Notes: generated by a model not told the origin, from the letters alone. A DNA stretch of 29,685 bases from a virus (IMGVR_UViG_3300005077_000083:1-29685); one strand, 5' to 3'. Shown: positions 1 through 8,408, numbered from the stretch's first letter. A program made the numbers and translations.

Positions 1-1653
1 GGGCGTGATGTAAATGATAGGGTAGGCGTCATCATCGCCGGCATTGTTCACCACCACCGAGCCGGTGTCACCCGTCACACGCCAACAGTCGCATCCGTCC
101 CGGCCGCGCCAGCGCACATCGCCATCCACCGCCAGCGTGCTCACCATCCCCTGATCGGTCTCTTCGCCGGCAATGGCAAACGCCCGGGCCTCCTCACAAA
201 TCACGTTGCACCAGCGATATTTCCAGTCCGCCGCCTGCGAGCTGTACAACGTCGAAACCTGCGTGGCCGTCAACGCCACTCCCAGCACCAGCACGCCATC
301 CAACAAGCCATCACACTGATTCGCCGGCGTTGTATCGCTTCCCAAAAACAGGTAACTGCCCGCCGTCGGCGCGGTATACGTTGCCCCGGCTGCCGCGCTC
401 GATCCGTTGCGGTAAATCGCCAGCGCGCCGCTCGCCCATGTGAAAGCCAGGTGCATCCACGTCTCTGCGTTGAACGTCAGCGCCGCCGAACTGATAGTAT
501 TCGTGCCATCGGTGAAATATATTTTGTCGTCGGCGGAATTGAAATAAGCCTTGAGGTTGCCCTCAGAGAAAATGTATCGCGTCGGGCCGGTATAGTCCGC
601 GCTCGGTTTCCACCACAGCGCCATCGTTCCCGCCGTCGTCGAAATCGGATTGGAAAATTTGCAGCTTGCCGCCGTCCGGCTGCTAGTGCTCGCGTGTACC
701 GTTCCACTCCACGTGTGCCCCGGTCCGAGTGCCCCATCACAATATGGAGTTGCATACGCACTTTGTTCCAACTGGCACGCATCAACGTACCATACAGCAT
801 TAGTCAACAGTGACGCGGTATACACTGTCACAAGAACCGAGGTACCTGCTCCGGTATTAAACGTCACGGATTTGCGTACCCATGTATCTCGCTCCGAAAT
901 TGCCGTGGAACCCAACAGGACAAACCCAGTCGTATAGATTCTAATTTCTGGATTTGCCGAAACAGACCCACTGGGAATATAAACCCACAAACTAGCAGTA
1001 TAGGTCGTGCTGGTAGATAAACCTGATTGTGTGTAATGAATTCCTCCACCAGAAACATTATCCCATTGCCATTTAATGCCATATACACCATGGGTAAAAA
1101 ATGTGCCTACCCTAGAAACGGTATCGCCCCATGACGAACTCCAGCCCGTCGTGGCCGTCTCGGCGCTTGGATTTGTGCATAGATTAGTCGCAGCCCGCCC
1201 TATTTGTATCGCCTGCCCAAATTGTCCAGCCTGCCAGATCAGCCCACCCGTCACCGTTGCCACGTCTGAATCGTCCAACAGATTGCGCGGCGCATAGGTG
1301 GATCCGCTCCGCACCACGTCCCACGGCCCCAGCGCCAGCAGTACACTCGACGGCGCCACGCCCGGAACAATGCTATTCGCCACCGTCAGCCGGCGCACCA
1401 CCTCCCGTTCTGGATTGAGATACTGCGCCAGTTGCAGCTTGCCCGCCCGCCGCAGCGCCGATGTGCTGTGATTCCACAGCGTCACCAGGTTGAGCCGCCG
1501 CCCTGGGCGTGTGATTCCCGCGAACACCGGCCAGCGCCCGATCCGCGTGGCGAGCTGCGCGCTCACCTGCGGCAACCCGTGCACGTCCTTCAGCGCGCTC
1601 TGCCAGTACACATCGTCGGAAATCACCAGATCGTCAATCGCAAATGGAATCAT
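1..1653 (-). CDS. Distal tail (Dit-like) protein with inserted carbohydrate-binding and LamG-like domains; 3' end runs off window
   Basis: Not in the ORF track because it has no stop in the window. Hand translation from ATG at 1653 (MIPFAIDDLVISDD...) stays open to base 1. Contains CBM-like 'ATNLCTNPSAETATTGW...WYVDACQLEQ', LamG-like 'WMHLAFTW...LAIYRNG' and Dit-like 'VVNNAGDDDAYPIIYIT'. Lies directly after the tape measure gene. Confidence 0.75.
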   Translation of the reverse strand, partial: MIPFAIDDLVISDDVYWQSALKDVHGLPQVSAQLATRIGRWPVFAGITRPGRRLNLVTLWNHSTSALRRAGKLQLAQYLNPEREVVRRLTVANSIVPGVAPSSVLLALGPWDVVRSGSTYAPRNLLDDSDVATVTGGLIWQAGQFGQAIQIGRAATNLCTNPSAETATTGWSSSWGDTVSRVGTFFTHGVYGIKWQWDNVSGGGIHYTQSGLSTSTTYTASLWVYIPSGSVSANPEIRIYTTGFVLLGSTAISERDTWVRKSVTFNTGAGTSVLVTVYTASLLTNAVWYVDACQLEQSAYATPYCDGALGPGHTWSGTVHASTSSRTAASCKFSNPISTTAGTMALWWKPSADYTGPTRYIFSEGNLKAYFNSADDKIYFTDGTNTISSAALTFNAETWMHLAFTWASGALAIYRNGSSAAAGATYTAPTAGSYLFLGSDTTPANQCDGLLDGVLVLGVALTATQVSTLYSSQAADWKYRWCNVICEEARAFAIAGEETDQGMVSTLAVDGDVRWRGRDGCDCWRVTGDTGSVVVNNAGDDDAYPIIYITP

Positions 1654-1662
1654 GCCATCTCC

Positions 1663-1688
1663 GTAGGGGCGCACCTGCGTGTGCGCCC
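1663..1688 (+). repeat. GTAG-type REP-like hairpin, copy 1
   Basis: GTAGGGGCGCACCTGCGTGTGCGCCC; identical copy at 6186-6211, variant at 8352-8377. Confidence 0.8.
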
Positions 1689-1692
1689 GCCC

Positions 1693-1720
1693 CGTTCAGA
1701 TAACACCAATTACCGATACT
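1693..1720 (+). repeat. dif/Xer-like 28-bp site 1
   Basis: CGTTCAGATAA-CACCAA-TTACCGATACT, 2 bp after the tape measure stop. Confidence 0.85.
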
Positions 1721-1722
1721 GC

Positions 1723-3486
1723 CTATGGCACCAGCCCGGCCAGCAGCCCGGCCAGCCCGCCCTGTGCAAAATTCTGCACGCCACCATAAATTGTCACCGC
1801 GGTATTCGCTGCGCCCCTTACCTGATTGATTGCTCCCCCTGCCTGCTGCGTAGCCGATTTGATATTCATCAACCCCTGCAGCCCGGACTGGAACTGCTTC
1901 TCCATCCCGAGTTGCTCAGCCACGCCCTTTAGGAAATATGCCCCGAACGCGCCGCCCACGTTCAACGCCACTCCCGGCAGCGCCTCAGCCAACGCGCTGC
2001 CCATCTTGGTCAGGATCGGCGTCCAGGTCTCAACTTGGCCTACCAGTCCCTCCACGCCCTTGACCAACCCGCGTCCGGCGCTATCACCGAACTGCGCCAG
2101 CTGCGCCTGTGTCGTGGGGTCATTCGACCAGGTCTGGATCGAGGCTAACAACTTGTCCATCGTGCCCGGCACTTGGGCCTGTGCACCGTTAGCGCCCGTC
2201 ACCCATTGCCAGAATTCATTCGCCCACTTTTTCAGATTGGGCCAGATAACGTTCGTCCACCCCTCGCTGATCAGCTTGCCGATTTCATTGATGAGGCCCG
2301 GGATCCCGCCCTCAGCCGTAGCCCTTTGCAGCCGGTCAAAAATAGGAGTCAGCCAGCTCGTAATTTGCGCCGCAAACGGCTCCGCCCACTTGTTCACCTC
2401 TGCCGTGATGCTGTTGAGAGTGCCCGTCAACTGGGGTAGTGTCGTTTGCCCGATCTCAATGGGTACCGCAGTCAGAACGTTCTTGAACCGTTCCCATTGA
2501 AATTCCCACGTCTTGGACGACTCGGCAAAAGCCTTGTCAGTCGAACCCTGCGCTTGATACATGGCCGCCAATGTGGCAGCATACGTATCCCCCTGGCTGG
2601 CCGCCGATGACAGTACGCCTGTCAGCGCGCGGACGTTCGGGATGATGAGGTCCAACGTTTCCACATTGCCCTGCGTCCGCTGCATCATATCTGCCAGCGT
2701 TGCATTCAACCCGCGCTCACGGATCGATTTTTTCAACTCGTCCACCGACCAGCCGATCTCAGCCAGCGCGTCACGCGCCTGCTTTCCCGGCGCCAACAGC
2801 GCGCCCAGCGTGCCGCGCAGCGCCGTGGCCGCTTCCTCTGCGCTCAATCCCGTTAGCGTCATCGTCGAGAGGCTGGCCGCGACTTCCTCCATGCCCACTC
2901 CGCTGGCCGCCGCGATGGGCAGCACACGCCCCAGCGCCCCGGCCAGCGCGTCCGGCTCGCCCTTGCCCATCTTGACCGCCGTCGTCAAAATGTCCGTAAT
3001 GCGCGCCGCGTCCTTCGCCTGTAGCTTGTACGCATTCAACGCGCTGGTCACAGCGTCAGCAATCGTTTTGGTTTCGCCCAGTCCGGCCGCCGCCGCTCGC
3101 GCGCTCGGTTGCAACACGTCAAACGCCTCACGCCCGGCATAGCCAGACGACGCGATAAAGTACATCGCCTCGGCCAGCCCCTTGGCGCTCTTATCCGTTT
3201 CCTTCGACAGCTTGAGCACATCCGCCGACATGCCGGGAATATCCACCGCGGCCGTATCCGTCAGCCCCTTGATCCGGCTGAATACCGTCTCGAACCCAGT
3301 CGCCGCATTGAACCCGGCCCTGGCTGCATCGTTCAGCCCGTCAGTGATTTTCGTCAAACCGCTAAAAATCACACCGGCAGAGACTAGCTCGCTGATGCGT
3401 CCCAGTGCCCCGCCGACCGCGCCCAACGGCCCGCTCGCCCGGTCCTGCCCTTGCACCTTGATCGAGATCACATACTCAGTCGCCAT
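1723..3486 (-). CDS. Tail tape measure protein (TP901-type core)
   Basis: Ala/Gly-rich helical 587-aa ORF with typical TMP core (LAEAMYFIASSG...AARITDILT...). ATG at 3486 follows a GGGGAG RBS. Lies downstream of the chaperones. Confidence 0.92.
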   Translation of the reverse strand: MATEYVISIKVQGQDRASGPLGAVGGALGRISELVSAGVIFSGLTKITDGLNDAARAGFNAATGFETVFSRIKGLTDTAAVDIPGMSADVLKLSKETDKSAKGLAEAMYFIASSGYAGREAFDVLQPSARAAAAGLGETKTIADAVTSALNAYKLQAKDAARITDILTTAVKMGKGEPDALAGALGRVLPIAAASGVGMEEVAASLSTMTLTGLSAEEAATALRGTLGALLAPGKQARDALAEIGWSVDELKKSIRERGLNATLADMMQRTQGNVETLDLIIPNVRALTGVLSSAASQGDTYAATLAAMYQAQGSTDKAFAESSKTWEFQWERFKNVLTAVPIEIGQTTLPQLTGTLNSITAEVNKWAEPFAAQITSWLTPIFDRLQRATAEGGIPGLINEIGKLISEGWTNVIWPNLKKWANEFWQWVTGANGAQAQVPGTMDKLLASIQTWSNDPTTQAQLAQFGDSAGRGLVKGVEGLVGQVETWTPILTKMGSALAEALPGVALNVGGAFGAYFLKGVAEQLGMEKQFQSGLQGLMNIKSATQQAGGAINQVRGAANTAVTIYGGVQNFAQGGLAGLLAGLVP

Positions 3487-3494
3487 ACACAACT

Positions 3495-3532
3495 CCCCCT
3501 TCTCCCCCTGGGAGAAGGGAAGGGGATGAGGG
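3495..3532 (+). repeat. REP-like CCCTTCTCCC/GGGAGAAGGG hairpin repeat, copy 1
   Basis: CCCCCTTCTCCCCCTGGGAGAAGGGAAGGGGATGAGGG; near-identical copy at 6246-6287. Confidence 0.75.
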
Positions 3533-3534
3533 CT

Positions 3535-3562
3535 TATACTGGTAATTCAGCTTATCGCCACT
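3535..3562 (-). repeat. dif/Xer-like 28-bp site 2
   Basis: Minus strand AGTGGCGATAA-GCTGAA-TTACCAGTATA; overlaps the stop of the frameshifted chaperone. Confidence 0.85.
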
Positions 3563-3752
3563 AAAGCGCGGCATTCTTAGCCTCGATCTCCAGGCACGTC
3601 AGCGCCTCCAGCGCATCCCTCAGCGGAATCTTGCCCAGGTCTTGGGGTTGGCAGCGAAACACGTCACGCCACAGCCACACGCGGAACAACTCCGGCGGAA
3701 CGTCCTTGTGTTCAAAAGCGTACGTCCACAGCCGGAGCTTCAGGCTTTTCCC
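3561..3752 (-). CDS. Tail assembly chaperone C-terminal (gpT-like) segment reached by -1 frameshift
   Basis: Slippery G GGA AAA at 3752-3746; the -1 frame reads SLKLRLWTYAFEHKDVPPELFRVWLW...EAKNAAL to TAG at 3563-3561. Confidence 0.8.
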   Translation of the reverse strand, partial: GKSLKLRLWTYAFEHKDVPPELFRVWLWRDVFRCQPQDLGKIPLRDALEALTCLEIEAKNAAL

Positions 3753-3997
3753 GTCGCGTCCACCGGGTTGGCGATCTGATCCATCGCCCGCTCGACGGCC
3801 GCGAACAACGCCGAGATCGCGTCGGCGGGATAATGCCTTCCCCGTATCCCGCCCTTGACGATGTGATCCAGGAACACGATCTGATCCATCGGGTTGGGGT
3901 TCTTGCCGGCGCGGAAATCCGCCAGCATCAGAAAATCGTCCAAGTCCAGCCGCGATGGGTCAATCTCGACCTCAATCTGGATTTGTTCGTCAGCCAT
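3740..3997 (-). CDS. Tail assembly chaperone (gpG-like)
   Basis: MADEQIQIEV... start overlaps the major tail stop (TGATG). Lies between major tail and TMP and ends at a slippery site. Confidence 0.8.
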   Translation of the reverse strand: MADEQIQIEVEIDPSRLDLDDFLMLADFRAGKNPNPMDQIVFLDHIVKGGIRGRHYPADAISALFAAVERAMDQIANPVDATGKA

Positions 3998-4452
3998 CAG
4001 GCGACGACCGCCTTGGTGACGCTGGGCGCGTGCACCGTGAACGATACTGCCACCGGTTCGCCGCTCTCGGCCTCGCCACCCGGCAAATTCATCTTGGTAA
4101 TCACGCTCGCGCCGGTCGTGAATTGGAAATTGCCCGTCGTGTTGCCCTTGGGTGCCCAACGCACATACGTGGCTTGCCCGCCGGCCGTTTGGAGATAGCC
4201 GCGCAGCGTCTCGAAAGCCGAGGCTGTCAACTCGGAGTAGACGAGCTTGACGGTCACATCCACCGCCGCCAGCTTGCCCGCCTTGACGATGGGCGTGTCA
4301 CCGTCGAACGTGAACAACTCGCCCGCTGCCCGCGCCAGCTCGGGCGACTCGATCGCGTTCGCTTCCCCACTCACGTCCGTGAACGATGAGCCATTGCTGC
4401 TGATCGCCACATAGTTGGCGACCATGCTGATTCCACCAGTTGTCTGCGCCAT
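3997..4452 (-). CDS. Major tail tube protein
   Basis: 151-aa beta-rich ORF in the canonical position before the chaperones and TMP; AGGAG RBS. Confidence 0.8.
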   Translation of the reverse strand: MAQTTGGISMVANYVAISSNGSSFTDVSGEANAIESPELARAAGELFTFDGDTPIVKAGKLAAVDVTVKLVYSELTASAFETLRGYLQTAGGQATYVRWAPKGNTTGNFQFTTGASVITKMNLPGGEAESGEPVAVSFTVHAPSVTKAVVA

Positions 4453-4455
4453 GTT

Positions 4456-4656
4456 CTATTCTCCTGATTCTTGATTTGCGGCTGGCAGGCTGGGCCTGTC
4501 AACATCCGCAAGTTCCACTTCCGGGGCCACGACCTTCAACGCGATCAGCATGTCAATCGCGCTCTCGTCCAGGTGCGCTAATTCGCACACACTGCCCGCC
4601 TCATAGTGCCGTTGTTCCCCCGATTGCCAAATCGCTTGAAGCACCCGATACTTCAT
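4456..4656 (-). CDS. Small hypothetical morphogenesis-region protein
   Basis: 66 aa, GGAGG RBS, ATGA-coupled to the upstream gene. Confidence 0.65.
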   Translation of the reverse strand: MKYRVLQAIWQSGEQRHYEAGSVCELAHLDESAIDMLIALKVVAPEVELADVDRPSLPAANQESGE

Positions 4657-5354
4657 GCCACCTCCTCACCCTCGAATTTTGAGATCGTCAGCCAGGCCAG
4701 GAAATCCAGCGCGCCCGCCTGGTTGCTGCCGTGCCCGGCCACCACACTGCGATCCACATATCCCACAAATCCCGCTGCGCGCGCCCGCGTAAAGAACCAG
4801 ACATCCTCGCCGCCGCGCACGTCTGGATCAAATTTGAACCAGGGCGCGTCCAGGCTCATCAAAACAGTGCGATGGATCAGGCAGCAGGAAGTACTGGTAA
4901 AATCAATCTGGACAAGCGCCTCATCCGGGCGCGGCTCGATCATCGTCGGGCCTGGTTTCCACAACTGCTCGTGCGCCTTGACCCATTCGTGCGTCTCGGT
5001 GATTTGCGTCACGTATCGCCCGCCGCCCAGGTGATTGCGATATACCATCGGCGTGCAAGGCGGGCGATAAGTAAACACCAGCGCCGAAACCAGCGGCAGA
5101 CGCCAGCTCATCAAACGCTTGAGCGTGCCGGGTTGAAACGTAATATCATTGTGGCAGCTAAACAGCCACTCGTCGCCGGTTTTCAGGAACTCGTCAACGG
5201 TGCGATTCCACGCCCCGGTGATTCCATCCCCATCCGGCCCGCTGCGCACGAACCGGAACGAGTACCCCTCTGGCCATTCCAGCTTGAGCCACGACTCGAC
5301 CGAGGGCCAGGGCGGAGGCTCAACTGCCGGCACCCACAAGGTGATCCCACTCAC
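4653..5354 (-). CDS. Glycosyltransferase family 2-like (GT-A fold) protein
   Basis: Motifs 'AWNRTVDEFL..GDEWLFSCHNDITF', 'CCLIHRTVL...PWF', 'GEDVWFFTRARAAGF..YVDRSV..GH'. Confidence 0.75.
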   Translation of the reverse strand: MSGITLWVPAVEPPPWPSVESWLKLEWPEGYSFRFVRSGPDGDGITGAWNRTVDEFLKTGDEWLFSCHNDITFQPGTLKRLMSWRLPLVSALVFTYRPPCTPMVYRNHLGGGRYVTQITETHEWVKAHEQLWKPGPTMIEPRPDEALVQIDFTSTSCCLIHRTVLMSLDAPWFKFDPDVRGGEDVWFFTRARAAGFVGYVDRSVVAGHGSNQAGALDFLAWLTISKFEGEEVA

Positions 5355-5797
5355 CCGTACACCTCCACCGTCACCGGCGTCACCTCCAGCAAATAGCTTT
5401 CGCCGCCAACCGCCACCTCGTCAATAGACGATTCATCTAGCGCAGCGTACCCATAATTCGTTCCCTTGGGATTCGACTCGAACCAGTCCGCCACCGTCTT
5501 GTCAATCAGGTCTAGCCGGTCCTCGGCGTTAGCCTCTGTCCACGTGCTGCTATCGTCAGACACCGACAACACCAGCGTATGGATCTCGAACTTGAACGTC
5601 GAGCGCACGCCCTGGCCCGTCATCCGCGTCCGCGTACTGCCCGCGCTCAACACCGCTACCAACGGTGTGCCCGCCGCCATGTCATTCTTGCCCGCCTTGT
5701 GATTCAAGACCTGCGCTGCCGGCAGCCCTGTGCCCACCAACACCGTGCCCAGCCCGGTGGCGATCTCGTCCCGCACACTTTCCCGATTGGCCGCCAC
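5351..5797 (-). CDS. Putative tail terminator/completion protein
   Basis: 148 aa, starts 'RESVRDEIATGL', position in the neck cluster. Confidence 0.6.
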   Translation of the reverse strand: MAANRESVRDEIATGLGTVLVGTGLPAAQVLNHKAGKNDMAAGTPLVAVLSAGSTRTRMTGQGVRSTFKFEIHTLVLSVSDDSSTWTEANAEDRLDLIDKTVADWFESNPKGTNYGYAALDESSIDEVAVGGESYLLEVTPVTVEVYG

Positions 5798-6180
5798 TAG
5801 ATCACCTCTCGCGCCACGCGCTGCGCCATGCCCTCGGCAATCTTGCGCCCCGCCTCAACTGCGGTGCGTCGATAAAAAGCGTGGGTGCCGCCGCGCTTTT
5901 CCTCGATCGGCCCGTACACCGATGTGAGTTGCCGTGTCCGTGGATTGCGTGCAGTCTTGTCCAGATAGATGCGCCCCGTGGCCCCAGACACGGCCATCCG
6001 GTGGCTGGCCCGCAGCGCGCCCGTGTCCACGTGCGTGATGCTCACCGCGTACCGGTGCGCCGCCGCCGTCCCCCACTGGACCGCCCGGCCCAGCGCGCCG
6101 CTCGGCCGCAGCGCCGCAATCGCCCGCGCGTTCCACCGTTGCGCCTCCTGGATACCCTTGATCGTCATGTCCACAGACAT
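5797..6180 (-). CDS. HK97 gp10-like neck/tail completion protein
   Basis: 'VDTGALRASH' and 'YGPIEE.RGG.HAFY' motifs; neck cluster position. Confidence 0.7.
   Translation of the reverse strand: MSVDMTIKGIQEAQRWNARAIAALRPSGALGRAVQWGTAAAHRYAVSITHVDTGALRASHRMAVSGATGRIYLDKTARNPRTRQLTSVYGPIEEKRGGTHAFYRRTAVEAGRKIAEGMAQRVAREVI
6167..6180. promoter_or_regulatory. 14-bp palindrome ATGTC-CACA-GACAT, copy 1
   Basis: Exact copies at 16011-16024 and 27841-27854; 1-mismatch copy at 22011-22024. Confidence 0.5.
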
Positions 6181-6185
6181 ACCTC

Positions 6186-6211
6186 GTAGGGGCGCACCTG
6201 CGTGTGCGCCC
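6186..6211 (+). repeat. GTAG-type REP-like hairpin, copy 2
   Basis: Identical to 1663-1688; abuts site 3. Confidence 0.8.
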
Positions 6212-6239
6212 TGTTCAGATAAGAGCGATTACCGATACT
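6212..6239 (+). repeat. dif/Xer-like 28-bp site 3
   Basis: TGTTCAGATAA-GAGCGA-TTACCGATACT. Confidence 0.85.
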
Positions 6240-6245
6240 GGCCTT

Positions 6246-6287
6246 CCCCCCCTTCTCCCCCTGGGAGAAGGGGCAGGGGGATGAGGG
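6246..6287 (+). repeat. REP-like CCCTTCTCCC/GGGAGAAGGG hairpin repeat, copy 2
   Basis: Near-identical to 3495-3532. Confidence 0.75.
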
Positions 6288-6288
6288 T

Positions 6289-6624
6289 CTATCGCCTCAA
6301 ATCCTCAATCACCAGCCGGCGGAACGCCAGCGCGTCCACCGGCCACGTCCAGTCCTCGCACGCCCGGATCGGATAATCCACCCCGCCCACCGTCAGGTAA
6401 TCGCCCTCTCGAATATCCAGCCCGCCCTCAACGAACGTCTGCAGCAGCTCGTGGGGCGTGTCCAGCCCCAGCCGCTTTTGTAGCTCGGCATCCACCGGGT
6501 CAAGGGGCGTGCACTTGACCCCGGTCAGGTTCGCCGCCGGCGTCGTCGTCTTGCCGCTCACCGGCGCCGCCACGCGCTTCGTGCTGGCCGTCACCGTCGC
6601 CATGTGCGCAAAGCCACTGCTCAC
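6289..6624 (-). CDS. Putative head closure/stopper protein
   Basis: 111 aa with 'DIREGDYLTVGGVDYPI' pattern; follows the adaptor. Confidence 0.65.
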   Translation of the reverse strand: MSSGFAHMATVTASTKRVAAPVSGKTTTPAANLTGVKCTPLDPVDAELQKRLGLDTPHELLQTFVEGGLDIREGDYLTVGGVDYPIRACEDWTWPVDALAFRRLVIEDLRR

Positions 6625-7457
6625 GCCTCATACTCCTCGGCCAGCGTGTGTCTCATCTTGCGTTGCTGAATCCGCCCCGTGCTCGAAGCAGCCTGACCAG
6701 ACAACACTTTTTCGATGGCCGCGCTCTTTTGACTCAGGTTTTCCCGACGTGGACCAACCTGGATGTCAACCTCGGCCGCATAATCCAGGTGCAACCGACC
6801 CAGCATCTCTATCGTCACAGCGTCGAGCGCCGCGTCCACGTCCTCAGCATTCAGATAGCGTACATCGGGCAGCCCGGTCTCATCGTTGATTGCGTTCGCC
6901 GACCGGAGGCCATTGTCCACGGCATAGGTGTAATCGCCCTCGGTCAGCGCGCCGCTGAGCGTCGTGCTCAAACTGCGGTCAGATGCCAGACGACCCAACC
7001 GCACGGCCACCTGCGCGGCGATCTGCGCGCGCGTGATAGGCACGAACCACAGCCACACGTCGTCCACAGACACGCTGCCACTGGCGCTCACATTCGTGAG
7101 CGTCAACGTGAACGTGTTGCCCGGCGTCAGCCCCAGTGTGGTCTCACTTTCCGTCCACGTCGCCGCTGCCGCCGTCGGTTGGATCGTCTTGACCGTGTTC
7201 CCGTCGCCGTCCGTGATGACGGCCGTCACCATGCCCGCCGTGACTTGCGCGGCGCATTTAACGCTCAGGTGCAGCGTGTATTGTCGCGCGTTGGGCACGG
7301 AAAAATCCTGTGCAATAGCATCGCCCACGGCGAGCGCAGCCACACCATAATGGTCATCGCCATCGCCCACGCTATACGCGGGCGCGCCCGCCGTCAGTTC
7401 CCATCCCGACAGGTCAGAGAGGAAACGCCCATTATCCAGCAGACTGCGCTCGCTCAT
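6621..7457 (-). CDS. Putative head-tail adaptor with N-terminal carbohydrate-binding-like domain
   Basis: N-terminal 'LLDNGRFLSDLSGW...VSVDDVWL' CBM-like fold; C-terminal helical adaptor-like region 'DIQVGPRRENLSQK'. Confidence 0.55.
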   Translation of the reverse strand: MSERSLLDNGRFLSDLSGWELTAGAPAYSVGDGDDHYGVAALAVGDAIAQDFSVPNARQYTLHLSVKCAAQVTAGMVTAVITDGDGNTVKTIQPTAAAATWTESETTLGLTPGNTFTLTLTNVSASGSVSVDDVWLWFVPITRAQIAAQVAVRLGRLASDRSLSTTLSGALTEGDYTYAVDNGLRSANAINDETGLPDVRYLNAEDVDAALDAVTIEMLGRLHLDYAAEVDIQVGPRRENLSQKSAAIEKVLSGQAASSTGRIQQRKMRHTLAEEYEA

Positions 7458-7459
7458 GG

Positions 7460-7756
7460 TTACTTGTCCTTGCCCTTGGCCTCGGACTTGGTGGGCGCTG
7501 CCGGCGGAGGCTCATTCGGCAACTCTATCTCTTGTGGGATGTCCACGTAACGCGGGCAGAGTGGCTTGTCGGCCTCCTGCTTGCCCTTGGCCTTTTCGTA
7601 CTTGCCAACCTCGGCCTGGGTCGCCACGCGCCAGCCCTTTGACCACTTGAGACGCAGTTGAGCGTCTGTTTTCTTCATCAAGTGGATCGCCCCGGATGGG
7701 TTGACCATCCAGATCTCGTCAGTTCCCTTGGTGGGCATCTTGAATTCGCCAGCCAT
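7460..7756 (-). CDS. Hypothetical protein
   Basis: 98 aa, GAGGTG RBS, tightly packed in the operon. Confidence 0.6.
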   Translation of the reverse strand: MAGEFKMPTKGTDEIWMVNPSGAIHLMKKTDAQLRLKWSKGWRVATQAEVGKYEKAKGKQEADKPLCPRYVDIPQEIELPNEPPPAAPTKSEAKGKDK

Positions 7757-7759
7757 ATG

Positions 7760-8347
7760 TCACCTCAAATACAAGCGCGCGCTGACAGTCAGCGGGCTGG
7801 TGTTGGTCACATCCCAGAATAGCCGCATGTAGGGCCACTGGACATCTACCGTGACACTGGCGGCTGCATCGGCGACGTTGGCCGATACAATGGCGTTGCT
7901 CCCATCCGTCATGCCCGGATCGGCTTTGCCCACATAGTCGAACCAGGTCGAGGCATCGTAGGACGTTTGCAACTTGAGCGTGGTCGTGTTCTGCAGCGTA
8001 TCACCCAACTCCTGGTCAATCACATAGTACAGATCGGCCAGGGCGTAGGGGTTGCTGCCCCGGTGCCAGTTGATAAATTTGGTGTACTTGTCCGCCTCGA
8101 TGCGCGAGGTGGTGCTGATCACAACGCTGCGGCCCTCGACGGCCTGCGCATCGCTCACCACGGGCGCGCTCGCCGGCGGCTGCGCAATCACAGGCGACGG
8201 CTGGACCGCCCGCACCAGCGCAAGCGTGCGCGGCTCGACGATGCCCAGGTCATAGCCCAACACACCCGCGATCACCAGCAGCGCCGTGATGATAATCTTG
8301 GCGATGCTGATCCATTTTTCCTTCGTGATTTCCATCTCGTCCTCCAT
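7760..8347 (-). CDS. Hypothetical protein: N-terminal TM helix plus beta-rich C-terminal domain
   Basis: Hydrophobic 'WISIAKIIITALLVIAGVLGY'; C-terminal 'LKLQTSYDASTWFDY...WPYMRLFW'. Confidence 0.65.
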   Translation of the reverse strand: MEDEMEITKEKWISIAKIIITALLVIAGVLGYDLGIVEPRTLALVRAVQPSPVIAQPPASAPVVSDAQAVEGRSVVISTTSRIEADKYTKFINWHRGSNPYALADLYYVIDQELGDTLQNTTTLKLQTSYDASTWFDYVGKADPGMTDGSNAIVSANVADAAASVTVDVQWPYMRLFWDVTNTSPLTVSARLYLR

Positions 8348-8351
8348 GTCT

Positions 8352-8377
8352 GTAGGGGCGCTCCTGCAGGCGCGCCC
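8352..8377 (+). repeat. GTAG-type REP-like hairpin, copy 3 (variant)
   Basis: GTAGGGGCGCTCCTGCAGGCGCGCCC. Confidence 0.7.
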
Positions 8378-8380
8378 TCT

Positions 8381-8408
8381 AGTGCAGATAATCCCGATTA
8401 CCGATACT
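8381..8408 (+). repeat. dif/Xer-like 28-bp site 4
   Basis: AGTGCAGATAA-TCCCGA-TTACCGATACT, 10 bp after the capsid stop. Confidence 0.85.

Noticed and set aside
1-1653. Diversity-generating retroelement targeting the tail gene
   Set aside because: No reverse transcriptase and no TR/VR repeat pair seen in the window.
3998-4159. 139-aa version of the tail chaperone
   Set aside because: It overlaps the major tail gene out of frame; the coupled ATG at 3997 is preferred.
7415-7442. Possible 14th site (GGAAA-CGCCCA-TTATC)
   Set aside because: Core mismatch and no match in the outer arm positions; likely chance.
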